From positions 1 to 64,000 of the IMG/VR virus record IMGVR_UViG_3300037634_004069: 64,000 nt of DNA; one strand, written 5' to 3'. The position numbers were made by a program, and so were the translations under genes. Shown one piece after another: positions 49,801-57,906 of this stretch; positions within the stretch are counted from its first letter, which is position 1; every line of letters starts with the position of its first letter. Under the pieces are notes generated by a model. The model saw nothing but the letters and a program-made list of their open reading frames with translations. It made no database searches and had not been told where the DNA came from. Source of the DNA: a virus (taxonomy: Duplodnaviria; Caudoviricetes).

Positions 49801-52800
49801 ACTCTAAAGACACTCAGACAGAAATACAAAGAGCTCTTAAAATGACCTCTTTAGAAATAGCAACTTCTGAGGCAGTGCTTGATTCATTAGATGGTAGAGC
49901 AGTGGCTCAATTAGTGTCTTTTGGTAAAGTTGTATTAAGTGAACTAGCACCTTCTGGAGCTATATTCCACGAAGCTTTTCATAATGTATCTCTATATGTG
50001 TTGTCCCCTAAAGATTCTAAAACACTCTATAAGAAGATACGAGAAATACCTGGAGAGACTGTAACTTATAAAGGGAAGACAAAGAAAATGTCTGACCTTA
50101 CAAACAAGGAGGCAGAAGAATGGGCGGCTGAAGAGTTCCGTAAGTATATTCTTATGGGTAAAGACTACAAGTTTGGAGAAGGAACAGTTACAGATACACG
50201 TAATATAATTCAGAAATTCTTCGATGCTATTAAGTCTGTACTTAGAAGACTGTTTAGATTAAATGAAAACTTTGAATTTGATTCCTCTATAACATCTATA
50301 GAAGGTCTGTTTGAATCTATAGACAAAGGTAAGTTTGCTAAAGCAAAAAGACATCAAGGAAGATCAGACGCCGGGGTATATAACATGCTTCAAAGCATAG
50401 AAGGTTGGAATGATGTTTATACTAATGATATGATATCTAGTATATCAGTAGAGTTAGGTGGACTTATAGATAAGCCTTTTAGATATGGTGGAAAAACTTA
50501 TAAAGTAGAGCTTGGTGAATTGTATACAGGAGATATTTTTAATACTCCAGTAGGCAAAAAGAGTTTAAATGCTTTGTACTTAAAAGGCATTTCAAACTTG
50601 CGGGAAAAGCTAATAACGTTAGAAAACGAGCTTGACAGATTTAGTGAAAGAAAGCCTGCAGTAACTGAAACTTTAGATAGAATCGGTAGATCTTCTAATG
50701 AGAAAAAAGAAACTGTAAAACAAGCTATACGTGCTCATTATGGGTACTTAACTGATATTGGATTAGTAAAAGAAGAGGGTGTAGAAGTAGATGAAGAGAC
50801 TCTTACCTCAAAAGACTGGGTGGATGAGTTAGATGCTTTAACTATATCTCCATCTAAAAGCGCTTCAGGATTGATCAAACTGATTTTTAGCATGTTTGAA
50901 GATCCTAATACTGTTAATAGTACAGGTCTTACAGGGGCATATAATATGTCTACCACTTTAAAGTCTGCACAGAACCTTCTTGCAGGCAGTACAAGTTTTG
51001 CAAATCAAATTAAAAAGCTTAAGCAGAATAAAGAGAAGTTTCCTTGGGCAGCGGATCTTGTAAAAAGACTAGATATAGATCCTGAAGGTAAAACTTACTC
51101 TCAGATAGCACCTAGAATTGCTTTTGCTGTGCACATGGCACAAGTAAAGTTAGATGTGTCTATTTCTTCAGTAGAACCTAATGGTCGTATATATACAATG
51201 GATCCCGCAAAAGAAGGGGCTCTAAAAAAGATTTCTTATAACTGGACTTCTAGACTTAAAAACTTTGGGGCTCAGACAAATAAAAAGTCTAACCATGTAA
51301 CTTTAGACAAAGACGGTAAAATTCTAATAAATAAAAAAGCAAAATTCAATTTTGTATCTCCAAAAGGAACACTCATAGAAACTACTATGACAGGGCTTTT
51401 TAACAGAGCAAAAAAATCTAATGATGTAGCTACTATAATAGCTCTATACAAACCTTTAGGGATAGAGTTTACAGATCCAAAAGCAGTAGAAGAAATATTT
51501 ACTTTTAATGAAGATGTAGAGAGAGCAGCTTTAGAAAAACGTTTTCCAAATGCGTTTGAAGACGAGATTGTTGAGATGCTAGACGAAAAAGAAGAAGAGA
51601 TAACTCAAGCTTTCTTAGGATTTAAAAAAGACCAAGAATGGATTATTGATGATATCATATCTAGAAAAGAATCTTTTGCTACAATATTTTCAAGAGATAA
51701 GTCTGGAGCTGTTACTAGAGCAAGAGCACTTGCAGATATAGAGTTAACGACAGGAAATAATGATGTAGAGTTCCAGTACTTGAATAGTGAGGGTAATATG
51801 GAATACTCTATTATAAGAAATCATTACATATCTGCTCTTACAAACTTTGAATACATTGATCTTGTAGAATACTTTAATCCTGTTTCAAATCCTTTTGCTG
51901 CTAATTCTTTAGCGGTCGAAGCTTGGAGAGGAGGAAGTAAGATAGATATTATAAATATGGGTGGGCTAAGAGCCGACTTATTGGGTGAAATGGGTCAAAA
52001 AATATCTAGATTGGCCTCAAACGATGTGGTTACAATGCATTTAAATGCAATCTTAGATGGTATATCTATCCTTCCAAGAGCAGCAGACCAAGTAACAGAG
52101 TTTGGAATCCGGTTACCTATAGAAATGCCTACCAGAATAAGACAGGGAATGGGTATTTTCTTAAACTACCTCAAAGATGAAATTGCTGCAACTGCAATTG
52201 GAATTGAGGCAGGTAAGAACATTTCAAAGTACAAAGACAACATTAAGAAGTTAAGATTCTTTGACAGTATCCTTACAGATTCTAGAGGAATAGTTCAAGA
52301 TTTATTAAGTACTCCAAGACTATTAAAACAGATTCGTAAAGAGATTATGTTTTCAAGTAAAAAATCTACTTCAGAAATACCTGGAGAAAGCGATTACTTA
52401 GAGGCATTTATGATTGAGAATGCAGATGCTTTTGTAAAAGATATAACTGCAAGACTGAATGTTGATATCGCAAAATTAGATTCATTTTTAGTTGAAAGGG
52501 GCCTTTTACAAGAAACAAATGAATCTGGTACTCGAGTACCGTATGCTTTAAGTAGTGAGTTGTTTCAAGAAGATGCTAATGAGGATCCAGACTTCTCTGA
52601 TAAAAACATTAATGCTGTTTTAGAAGAGATTGTAGTAAAGCAGTTTATAGGTAAGACTGAGACATTTAAAATGTTCTTAGGTGATCCTGCTTTTTATTCT
52701 GATATGTTTAAAAGAATTAAAGGTGCTGTAGGTACAAAAACTCTTATGGATCTTAGCCCGGAGATTTTAAAGTGGATAGATGATACTCCAGGCCTTCATA

Positions 52801-55800
52801 GAGCAGATGGAAAGATTGATCTGATAGCTATAAAAGAACCTATGGCTAGAATGTCTGAGGAAATTATAGAGATGTACAGTGGTCAAGTAACTCCAGATGT
52901 ACTTGAACAGTGGAAGAAACCTATAGAAAAAGCTGACGGAGCTTTGTATGTGGACCTTCCTACGTACAGACTATTAAAAATAACTTCTGATCAGTGGGAT
53001 AATAATAGAGAGAGCCAATTCTCTAAATCTATGGGGAATATATCTTCTTCATACGAGGAAGTAGAAGGAGCTACATTCCCACCAGATAAGTTTCAGTATA
53101 TGGGTCCTTTTTTAACAGACCTTGGTCCGGCAATGGGATTCCTTAAAATGGCTATTATTCCTATATCTAGAGATATGGAGAGCTTTAATGGGGTTGAGTA
53201 TCCTAACATAAAAAAGGCTCTTGACTATATGGAAGAGAATGGAGTTGGTGGGTTTGTTATACCAACAGGAATGAAGATAGGAGGAGCTATAGAAACATCT
53301 CAAGTATCTTATGGTATTGAAAATGGGGCTTACGAAGAAATGGAATTTGAAGATCCTGTAAAAGGATCAAGAATGACTTTTGATCTTAGGTTTATGGGGT
53401 CTCAATTAGAAATATCACCATCATTTAAGAATAAAGCTACACGACCTACACAGCAAGCAGTTCATATATCTTCTGACTTATATGAAGATGGGGTTGCTGT
53501 TAGCGAGGAAGCTCTAGAAAAAGACTCCGAGTATCAAAGTCTTATGTCTGCAGCTACTAAGAATGCTTTTACAGATATGTTAGAAGAACTATCTATAGAA
53601 AAAACTACTGATAAAAACGGTGTAGAAGGATATGGTTTATCTGAAGAATCTTATGAGCTTATACTTGATAAACTAGAAAACCAGGGAATAGAAAAAGATC
53701 TTGGTAAATCTATCATGTCTGGAGTATCTTATCTAAAAGAAAAAGGAGGAGCATTTAAATTCGATTTCTTTGTAGATAGACATAGAATGGAATCTATGTT
53801 CCTTAGTGGTATAGGTTCACAAATCATCAAGCCTAAAGTAGCTGGGGAGATGCTTGTAAACACACCTGATTTATTTTATGAAGTAAGAAAAATAGGTGAT
53901 ACAATTGCTAGTAACGAGTTGCAGTTTTACGAAAACTCTGATGGTAGATGGGCAATGCAAGTAAGAATGCCTCACCGGTTTAAAGAGTTATTAGGTAAAA
54001 ATGTAAAAATTGTAAATGGAACAATATTAGGTGAAGGTATAACTGTACAAAGTTCAGAAGAACTTTTAAAAATGATTGGTATACGTATTCCTACAGACGG
54101 TATACACTCTGTAGAAGTAATAGAGATAGTAGAGTTCTTACCACAATCTGCAGGACCAAGGATTAATGTACCGGCAGGTCTTGTAACTAAAGCAGGTTCT
54201 GATTTTGATATTGATAAATTAACTGCACTATTTAAAAATTACAGGGCTTATACAGATGAGAAAACAGGTGGTGTAATTCTAAGACCAGATAAGTTTTACA
54301 ATACAGAGGAAGAGTGGTTTGAAGCTAACCAGCGAAGGGTGGCAAACAAACTCAAAGACTTTGAAGCAATATTTAAAAGAGGATTTGAAAGAAAACTTAA
54401 AGATGAGAAAGAGCTTAATGACTTTCTTGCTAAGTTTAAAGATGACCCTCTTCTTGCAAAAGAGTTTACAGACTTCTTAGAAAGAGATCTAGATATGGAC
54501 ATGGAGAGCTTGTCTTTAGAAAGAAATCTTACAAAAGAAGAAGCTCAGGAAATGTGGGATGGTATACTTGAGTCTGCAGAAGAGTTCTTTAATATAACAT
54601 ATACTGTTGACCCTACAACTGATGTTACTGAGCAAGAATTTTACGAAAATTTACCTAGAATAACTCAAGATTCTAACTCTTATTATAGAGGAACAATTAT
54701 ATCCCCAACTATTGATGCAGAGGGTAATTTAATTATAAAAGGTAGAAAAGATCGTTTGTACGAAAAAGCAAATTTACCTTCTTACGGAGTCTCTATGGGA
54801 GATCGTATGAACACTAGCAAAGAGTATGGAGAAGGTCAATTTAAAAGACGCCTTCAAGAACTTCGAGATGAATATAATGAGCAAGCTGCAGATGAGTTAG
54901 AATATGGAAGTGGCTATTATTTAATACAGGTAGATAAAAGTAAAATAGATAATGAAATCATTGAAGAGGCGGGAGAAGTAAAAGTTCTAGGAGATTTAAA
55001 AATTCCTAAAGGAGCATACAAAATAGAGCTTATTAATCCTGAAGAAAACAAAAGGATTCAGGATGTTGAACCTATTGAAAGTGCTGAGGGAATGGAAGAG
55101 TTTGGATATGGATTCTTATATGATCTTTTTAACCTTACTCAACCTACAACTGAGGTTACTGAAGGTGTCTCTGAAGTATTTGAGTCTAATCCTGAACTAG
55201 CTAATGTAGGAACAGAACAACAATATTCTGAGTACTTAGATAGTATAGGTGTTACAGAAATAGCGCACCATCATTCTGAATCAAGTATAGAAGAGTTTAA
55301 GACATTTCCTGAAGGGTATTTTCCCAATGAACTAAAGAAAAAAGGAACTCACTATAAGGAGGCTGATGATGTAGTATTTTTTGTTAAAGAAAAACTTACT
55401 GAAGAGTTTATGTCTAAACGACCCAAAGTTGGTACGTGGGGGCTAAAAGCTTCTAATATATTACAGTTTAATGGAGGACAGAAGGTAGGAGATGGAGCAC
55501 ATCCTGGAATAGACGAAGGAGTTAAAAAAGGCATAGATGAAGGATATGATGCTGTTGATTTTGGTAGAATAAGAGACAACAAAACTTGGAGCGAAGTAAT
55601 TGCTATATTTAATCCTAGAAATGCAGTTAAACTAGGTAGTAAACAAGATATACAAGGATTTAAAGATTTTGTATCTAAAAAAGGAACAACTAAGGTTGCA
55701 GCACTAAATATATCTCCTAAATTATTTACAGATTGGAAAGCCGAAAATCCAACTCTTACTAAGTACGATCTTAATACTAAACAAGCCATTCATAATAAAA

Positions 55801-57896
55801 CCTTAGACGTAGTAGAGGATCTACTAAGTATGAAAGGAAGAGAGAAAGAGTTTCTTCGTCCTGTAAATACAAACAGTTATGAGGGTTTAGCGGAAGAGAT
55901 TCAAGGGTTGTATGAGGATAAAGGCAATGAAGAGCTTCCGGATTTACAGATTGTAAAAGATTATCATGAGGAAACTACACTCCCGCATATTTTTAAAGTT
56001 ACAGATGCAGTTTTTTCAGGAGCAAAGGATGTAGGGATAGTGGCTCTTGCATCTACACACCAAGTAAAAGGACAAAAAGCTAACTTAAGATTAGATCTTA
56101 GTAAGTCAATGAAACTTGCAAATGGAAAGTTTTTAAACTCTTTAGGGATATATTTTAATTATGATGAGTTTAAAAAAGAAAAAGATTCCGAAGGAGAGTT
56201 TATAGGGGATTCTACAATTTCTTTAGCTAGAATGTCAGACGTTTTAAATAATAGAAGAGTTACAGATAGTATATCTCAGTTTGTAAACTTAGCAGTTGAT
56301 ACAGTAAACACTCCTGTTATACACATTCTAAACCTTGGGCCAGAACTAGCTCCAGCTGCACTTGTATTATTAAGAGCAGGTGTTCCTTTGGAAAGTATAG
56401 TTTATTTTATGAATCAGCCTATTGTAAGAGATTACATAGAAAACAGACAAATAGCATCAAGTAGAGTTTACCAGGCACTTGGGAAAGAAGAATATCCAGC
56501 TCAAACAATTACTAAACTAAGAAAAGCGTACAAAACTGATAGTGATATTTCGTCCCCAGAAAACAAACCTTACTTATCTGATAAAGAACTTAAGCAGATG
56601 ATTGGGGGTATAGAAGCCCCTACTAAAGAGGGTGACTTAAGTATAGAAGACCAAAATGCATATCAATTGCATATACTAGATGATTTGTTAATGTACTTAG
56701 AGCTTGGAGATAGAATGACAACCGTTATAGCCGCACAATCTTATGATACAAAGCTTCCTAAGACCCGTGCTGCAATGGCTTTAACTAACAGGGCTTACGA
56801 AAAAGTAATGGCTGAGGGTATCTTCCCTAACGCAGAAAAAATAACAGAGGGAGAAAATAGTTTCCTTAAAGAAATGCGTAACTACACTTTAGTAGCATCT
56901 GAAGTATTTGGAGATTTGTTTGTAAACAACAATCAAATAAAAAGCTTCAACGACGCTTATGCAATGAAAGTTGAAGAACTTACACATACAGAAAATAGAC
57001 AGCCTTTAGATATTAAAGTAAAGTCTTTAGAAAGATTGGAGCAGTTTTTTACATCTCTTATACTTCAGAGAGTTCCAAACGAAGATGGCATAGCTATAAA
57101 TGATAGGTCTCAAACTTTATTGTTTGGAGAAAAAAGTGCAGCTGTAACTGTTTCAAAGATTATAAACTCCCCTAAACACCCACTACGAAACAACGTATTC
57201 TTAAACTCTCTTTTACCTGTAGTACAGGAAGAAAGAAAGTCTGTGAAGGGAAAAATGGTGGAAAATGATTTTATACAACCTGAGTTTAAAGCTGTCAATA
57301 TTTATGATATGGCTGCAATGTATGATTCATACCAAGAGATTGTAGCATACGATGCTAAAAAGAACACCACTTTAGCAAAAGATCTTTTCGATGTAGCTAT
57401 TTTGCAAGCAGGTACTATGAATACTCCGTATTCTTTCTTAGATAAACTGCCTGGAGATCAATTTGCAGAGATATCTTCTAAATTGTATAATAGATACCTT
57501 AAGACTCCTAATGCTTTAAAGTTCTCTTCTGAACTACTGTTAAGTTTATTCCATGCAAACATGTTGAAATTTCCAAACATGGTAGAGTTTACTAAGCCTC
57601 AATCTCCTAAGAACATGAGGTTAATGTATGCTAAAAGATACTTAGATCTGCAACAAGACAGAGAGTTTGGTATGGGTAGAAAACAAAGAGATATAGCACT
57701 CTATCAAAATCTTATCTTTACACGAGATTTAATTACAGGAAAAATTAATTCTGGTGAAAGCACTGGTGTAGTAAGAATTGAAACTACAGGATACGACTCA
57801 ATGTCTTATTTGAATACTAAGTCTGACTTTATAACGTACAACAAAAAAGTTGAATCTTCAGAAACAGATCCAATTGATCCTACAGAATGCCCTTAA
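43806..57896 (+). CDS. 4696-aa virion RNA polymerase polyprotein with zincin and ART-like inserts
   Basis: GIRIPTD...S...FLPQ..G..I.VP....KAGSDFDIDKL with DFDID at 54201-54215; KADG at about 52930; zincin HEAFH at 49968-49982; hydrophobic N-terminal helices. Same motif set as the crAss/phi14:2 vRNAP. Confidence 0.88.
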   Translation: MSDSNSDNILNNLYADETFNDSALPYTDPEEENGTDPVISNLYSEDELVLEQNPLDILNIQSQADATSPVETPIINVPEEFGSSQYDKNASRAYQLNNLEELRGRNQTGWDKFGNFVPRFIGGVGTNVVGGLGGVGYGILKTMYKAAEAPFTDKDDSAAEIVRNIWDNELFDGLDYINEELSENLPFYYTQQEKEASLFGQMAYGNFWADKFANGLTFITGAVLTELAAVGLGGLIGSVVPGAGTVAVGGAAAAGNAMRLTRQATKIFKNIGRATVPRKVIEAGKKVAQSRKTLDALKIGRQMMTGAGYEASIEAKHGYDVALNTLLTENFGDRIALGEQEAGRALTIEEKGNLLTPQERAEIFETAASISNFQFAGNLLLVGVGNMITLPGLYGAGVMSRMNKSAAKSSLYTKAKDALGFSGVPKRDVLHKALGKAGLGDKGITITRGLGSWLKRSLYEGFVEEGGQGVMARASEDYALRSRMGDNGTLQLIGEWHDAFARGFDESYGSKEGQTEILIGALAAALGMPGQGGKAGWYKGIAWTGDLASQSTKMEGIQEFEAVNKKFADEYARIKKANPSLGAKMEQTAWMMMQVAKTKEGLDTAIENGDVKKAKDFEYDKFWESVMLAIDSNDFESLETKIETDLSEISDEALKEMYSYEDDMTKEALAERRAYLATTIKQKLKTIKESQELVDSGLRLNDMDKVIGLGKPGSMAAVRRELIHYASKMDENVRREEAMISKLAEITGGKVVSISNEISSIEYQNTDGTKRVLQIGAMNVGSTVFEHIVESRRRIEDLEAKGGSRTQVENEQLKDLKNYITELEKIEDQSKPVYNLLQEAGSVTNDEQVAAWEKEFPEQSAKHKKEVHKMMKDIRALRADRIDFAQKYQMLIDPSLREKYNKQMEASANDLKKKIKQETEKFEKEQTKSEKRVKKFKKVIDYYKHELLERMQELNDELTTKQESLQEAIEILTGMKSYVEKLKKKPHQKKFKYNNKFITRDQLIKEIATAKELVDTAEKEYTTFVKVTYPEQHRTIHENIQILDMFMKNELDPDMMPHEFEEIHEVLLRRAEKEGFTATDFGVQSVAANLIKDHEKSIEDLEAYKKDLKAHIGALKRVINIAESIVEANPGVEVFDVEGKWKDKSSQVNKVPVEAIQMAIDKQVAELKEVNKDIKELKKNIKDVQKTYSGLRQIQVFRDLLRRVPLAKEWKKREEIDYDSLENDFTSMEKEDDLYKPDISMPGLHKTSGAHIGFKIDQTVYEKSLEIYQRLTELQEKKKKKGKELNKKQLNELKTATSQLNWFQYIQKDNKNILGRTTDKKDNNISSKYFLAFISEDTVVPEDVAKDLEGTWYHQNNKDAKYKDIKVALVRKVINKTTGRTSIQFVRDGETKGVVFTSIEDPTVKNKRGESKFTNKKDNLSKSEIEDIQRDYNDNIRKKVNSTNSLMIAPITGKSPGTILLDRGEVNYASDTIMSTNLENVKIAIGKVIKNEDPEAEGEYKYDTIKFVKNANSVMVRPGQIVAYDHVRHMPIFMRRSELGEERAIQVQRLFRVLLKEFAAAKESGKSNIEALKQAERFSLEYGGESITLRAQIRSMVHILNAEDSKFRLAYRLKDNDLVIYFKEMDEYATLEDIEDNTEKGEELLEFLKTKRHNVRGTLLENSVKRVEFSGKNKRTNKPYSAKGEKYVNNAKSKYINVVLNKDLTVSQSKSTEHANYNHFLLSKNTSGEAPLYTEARPLKEVSFTNPRAGGGYLVYGKTLMSTAKFDIEDQAAPGGKAVFSNIEGEDEFDPDDFSDDVGGDPTAGSSSELEALENALGLDPEVEDDVVPTGDPEVDPTGDPEDLPPGLADAPYIKQDDLESIKAKKAAKKKAKKEAEEAAKKEAEIDPSSEVEGLFEGLSGTGTLETTHKGLGYTDTFKAEDIWAEDQDGIYKVTVGGGDSLGYYNPSDGSFKTSSSFDFDSDTLVSWMDKTIDEAEEDEAPFMLESQTKALEELLSSYSKDTQTEIQRALKMTSLEIATSEAVLDSLDGRAVAQLVSFGKVVLSELAPSGAIFHEAFHNVSLYVLSPKDSKTLYKKIREIPGETVTYKGKTKKMSDLTNKEAEEWAAEEFRKYILMGKDYKFGEGTVTDTRNIIQKFFDAIKSVLRRLFRLNENFEFDSSITSIEGLFESIDKGKFAKAKRHQGRSDAGVYNMLQSIEGWNDVYTNDMISSISVELGGLIDKPFRYGGKTYKVELGELYTGDIFNTPVGKKSLNALYLKGISNLREKLITLENELDRFSERKPAVTETLDRIGRSSNEKKETVKQAIRAHYGYLTDIGLVKEEGVEVDEETLTSKDWVDELDALTISPSKSASGLIKLIFSMFEDPNTVNSTGLTGAYNMSTTLKSAQNLLAGSTSFANQIKKLKQNKEKFPWAADLVKRLDIDPEGKTYSQIAPRIAFAVHMAQVKLDVSISSVEPNGRIYTMDPAKEGALKKISYNWTSRLKNFGAQTNKKSNHVTLDKDGKILINKKAKFNFVSPKGTLIETTMTGLFNRAKKSNDVATIIALYKPLGIEFTDPKAVEEIFTFNEDVERAALEKRFPNAFEDEIVEMLDEKEEEITQAFLGFKKDQEWIIDDIISRKESFATIFSRDKSGAVTRARALADIELTTGNNDVEFQYLNSEGNMEYSIIRNHYISALTNFEYIDLVEYFNPVSNPFAANSLAVEAWRGGSKIDIINMGGLRADLLGEMGQKISRLASNDVVTMHLNAILDGISILPRAADQVTEFGIRLPIEMPTRIRQGMGIFLNYLKDEIAATAIGIEAGKNISKYKDNIKKLRFFDSILTDSRGIVQDLLSTPRLLKQIRKEIMFSSKKSTSEIPGESDYLEAFMIENADAFVKDITARLNVDIAKLDSFLVERGLLQETNESGTRVPYALSSELFQEDANEDPDFSDKNINAVLEEIVVKQFIGKTETFKMFLGDPAFYSDMFKRIKGAVGTKTLMDLSPEILKWIDDTPGLHRADGKIDLIAIKEPMARMSEEIIEMYSGQVTPDVLEQWKKPIEKADGALYVDLPTYRLLKITSDQWDNNRESQFSKSMGNISSSYEEVEGATFPPDKFQYMGPFLTDLGPAMGFLKMAIIPISRDMESFNGVEYPNIKKALDYMEENGVGGFVIPTGMKIGGAIETSQVSYGIENGAYEEMEFEDPVKGSRMTFDLRFMGSQLEISPSFKNKATRPTQQAVHISSDLYEDGVAVSEEALEKDSEYQSLMSAATKNAFTDMLEELSIEKTTDKNGVEGYGLSEESYELILDKLENQGIEKDLGKSIMSGVSYLKEKGGAFKFDFFVDRHRMESMFLSGIGSQIIKPKVAGEMLVNTPDLFYEVRKIGDTIASNELQFYENSDGRWAMQVRMPHRFKELLGKNVKIVNGTILGEGITVQSSEELLKMIGIRIPTDGIHSVEVIEIVEFLPQSAGPRINVPAGLVTKAGSDFDIDKLTALFKNYRAYTDEKTGGVILRPDKFYNTEEEWFEANQRRVANKLKDFEAIFKRGFERKLKDEKELNDFLAKFKDDPLLAKEFTDFLERDLDMDMESLSLERNLTKEEAQEMWDGILESAEEFFNITYTVDPTTDVTEQEFYENLPRITQDSNSYYRGTIISPTIDAEGNLIIKGRKDRLYEKANLPSYGVSMGDRMNTSKEYGEGQFKRRLQELRDEYNEQAADELEYGSGYYLIQVDKSKIDNEIIEEAGEVKVLGDLKIPKGAYKIELINPEENKRIQDVEPIESAEGMEEFGYGFLYDLFNLTQPTTEVTEGVSEVFESNPELANVGTEQQYSEYLDSIGVTEIAHHHSESSIEEFKTFPEGYFPNELKKKGTHYKEADDVVFFVKEKLTEEFMSKRPKVGTWGLKASNILQFNGGQKVGDGAHPGIDEGVKKGIDEGYDAVDFGRIRDNKTWSEVIAIFNPRNAVKLGSKQDIQGFKDFVSKKGTTKVAALNISPKLFTDWKAENPTLTKYDLNTKQAIHNKTLDVVEDLLSMKGREKEFLRPVNTNSYEGLAEEIQGLYEDKGNEELPDLQIVKDYHEETTLPHIFKVTDAVFSGAKDVGIVALASTHQVKGQKANLRLDLSKSMKLANGKFLNSLGIYFNYDEFKKEKDSEGEFIGDSTISLARMSDVLNNRRVTDSISQFVNLAVDTVNTPVIHILNLGPELAPAALVLLRAGVPLESIVYFMNQPIVRDYIENRQIASSRVYQALGKEEYPAQTITKLRKAYKTDSDISSPENKPYLSDKELKQMIGGIEAPTKEGDLSIEDQNAYQLHILDDLLMYLELGDRMTTVIAAQSYDTKLPKTRAAMALTNRAYEKVMAEGIFPNAEKITEGENSFLKEMRNYTLVASEVFGDLFVNNNQIKSFNDAYAMKVEELTHTENRQPLDIKVKSLERLEQFFTSLILQRVPNEDGIAINDRSQTLLFGEKSAAVTVSKIINSPKHPLRNNVFLNSLLPVVQEERKSVKGKMVENDFIQPEFKAVNIYDMAAMYDSYQEIVAYDAKKNTTLAKDLFDVAILQAGTMNTPYSFLDKLPGDQFAEISSKLYNRYLKTPNALKFSSELLLSLFHANMLKFPNMVEFTKPQSPKNMRLMYAKRYLDLQQDREFGMGRKQRDIALYQNLIFTRDLITGKINSGESTGVVRIETTGYDSMSYLNTKSDFITYNKKVESSETDPIDPTECP

Positions 57897-57906
57897 AAAA
57901 TAACAC

